Assembly (NCBI GenBank): GCA_964276515.1
Contig: OZ193909.1
Coordinates: 10,602,001 to 10,666,000, forward strand
DNA: 64,000 nt
Direction: 5' to 3'
Source: Gordius albopunctatus
Taxonomy: Eukaryota
Positions within the stretch are counted from its first letter, which is position 1, and each line of letters opens with the position of its first letter. Shown here in pieces: positions 62,693-64,000 of the stretch. Below the pieces are notes generated by a model that was given only the letters and a program-made list of their open reading frames with translations, was not told the origin of the DNA and ran no database searches. Position numbers and translations under genes: made by a program.

Positions 62693-63049
62693 ATTCTGAT
62701 TGCCGGCTTATCCTGATTTGAACTGTTTAAAAATTGTTTATCAGTTGTTAGGAGAATATTTATTTTAAATAAATATATAATATTTGCATATATTTTAGCA
62801 AAAGTTTACTAATTATATTTTTTAATATTCGACAAAATGCTTTTTGCCTATTTTCATATTTCAGATTTTGCTTGTTAAATTTTTATGAAATGAAATAGCT
62901 TTTAAGATTTCAACATGATGGAAAATATTTAAATTTTCAAGACGAAATTATCTTTGTCTATTTAACTTGAAAATAAAGCTAAGATGGAGAAGTTGAGCAA
63001 TTGTACGACATTGTTTCTAATATTTTAGAAGATTTCTACCCTCATAATT

Positions 63050-63225
63050 AATGTTCTTCATAGATATATTATCGGGAATTGTCGAGGGTGTTAAAAAATC
63101 ATACTTATTATAATATTTGGTCCTCATAGAGGACATCATCAGATAAGTAAAATAAATTTATTATAATAATTATAATATTTTTTAACACCCTCGACAATGC
63201 CGATAATATGTCTATGAAGAACATT
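63050..63225. repeat. Foldback inverted repeat (~50-bp arms)
   Basis: aatgttcttcatagatatattatcgggaattgtcgagggtgttaaaaaat versus attttttaacaccctcgacaatgccgataatatgtctatgaagaacatt. Confidence 0.9.
63103..63148 (-). ncRNA. Minimal type I hammerhead ribozyme (Penelope-type), one core substitution
   Basis: Minus strand acttat-CTGATGA-t-gtcctc tat gaggac-CAAA-t att a-TA-ataagt: 6-bp stem I, 6-bp stem II, GAAA changed to CAAA. Confidence 0.65.
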
Positions 63226-64000
63226 GCTTCTAATCAATTCAATTTCCTAAAGCCATATCTTTTATAGCCCTACAAAATTGCTTTTTATGGCCCGAACCCG
63301 CCTCATGCGTTTTATATCTTTTTTAAGCAAATTTTAGAAAAATTTTGCATATAAAATTTATTTTACCGCTTAAGTGTATAATGAAATTGCTATTAATAGG
63401 TGGCTTAAACAATGAGAGTACTTAATTAAAAATCCAGTTTATCTTGCTACAATTTATAAATTGTCATAATAAAACTTAACTTTAAATGTATAAATTTTCT
63501 ATTCATTGATTAATAAATAATGTTTTCTTTATTTTAAAATCAGAATTTAGTTTGTGGTAAATGGCATCGTCATACACTGAGCCAAGTCGCCCATAACTGC
63601 CCCGACCCCTATTATCTTTTACATTTATATTAGAGTCAATGGAAATATAACGACATTGTTTTTATATTTAGCAACCAAGGAGCGCAGTTTTTAACGCTCA
63701 GGAGATTAATAACCTATTATACAAAATATTATGTCATTTACTGTTATCAAGTTGGATGGTAGGGGGGGGGAGGGAATTCCACATTTTGGGGGTTGGTGAA
63801 ATGAGTGGGAGAAAGGGAGTCAGACATTTTGAGGGGTTCAATGAAGTCCACTATAAAAAGCCAAATGTATGCAATGCACTATATCTTACACACTTAATGC
63901 ATAAGTGTACTAAATTTTCGCTCTGCGCACATTATGAATGCCGCGTTGAGCAGCATCGCAATTCTTTTGTCCATCTAAAGATATATGGGTAGGCCACGCA

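Noticed and set aside
63756..63992. 78-aa ORF at the window end
   Set aside because: No alpha2delta similarity or other recognisable motif; probably a repeat fragment.

Overview
Eukaryotic, AT-rich, transposon-dense animal genomic DNA; no prokaryotic features. It is probably an invertebrate protostome, since the alpha-2/delta protein resembles arthropod straightjacket-type subunits, but the species cannot be identified from sequence alone. Host genes: a single-exon TMEM249 (CatSper-theta)-like gene (-), a two-exon WDR6/Trm734 gene (+), a poorly resolved minus-strand gene at ~27-30 kb, and the 5' part of a voltage-gated Ca-channel alpha-2/delta gene (+) with many 36-53 nt micro-introns. The rest is mostly nested mobile DNA: RTE-clade LINEs, a decayed CRE-like LINE, many hAT elements/MITEs with 8-bp TSDs, Helitrons, a Helentron fragment with its DINE-1-like non-autonomous family, a tRNA-derived SINE, two decayed minimal hammerhead ribozymes, and a ~2.6-kb perfect (TATG)n tract. 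The most unusual signal is two mutually divergent DIRS-related elements (0.5-2.2 kb and 45.2-48.3 kb). Both read Gag-like / RT / RNase H / short acidic tail / stop, with no visible tyrosine recombinase or integrase. The first is bracketed by a 31-nt direct repeat made of CCAAT, E-box and TATA motifs. All family assignments come from motif recognition by eye, not database searches.
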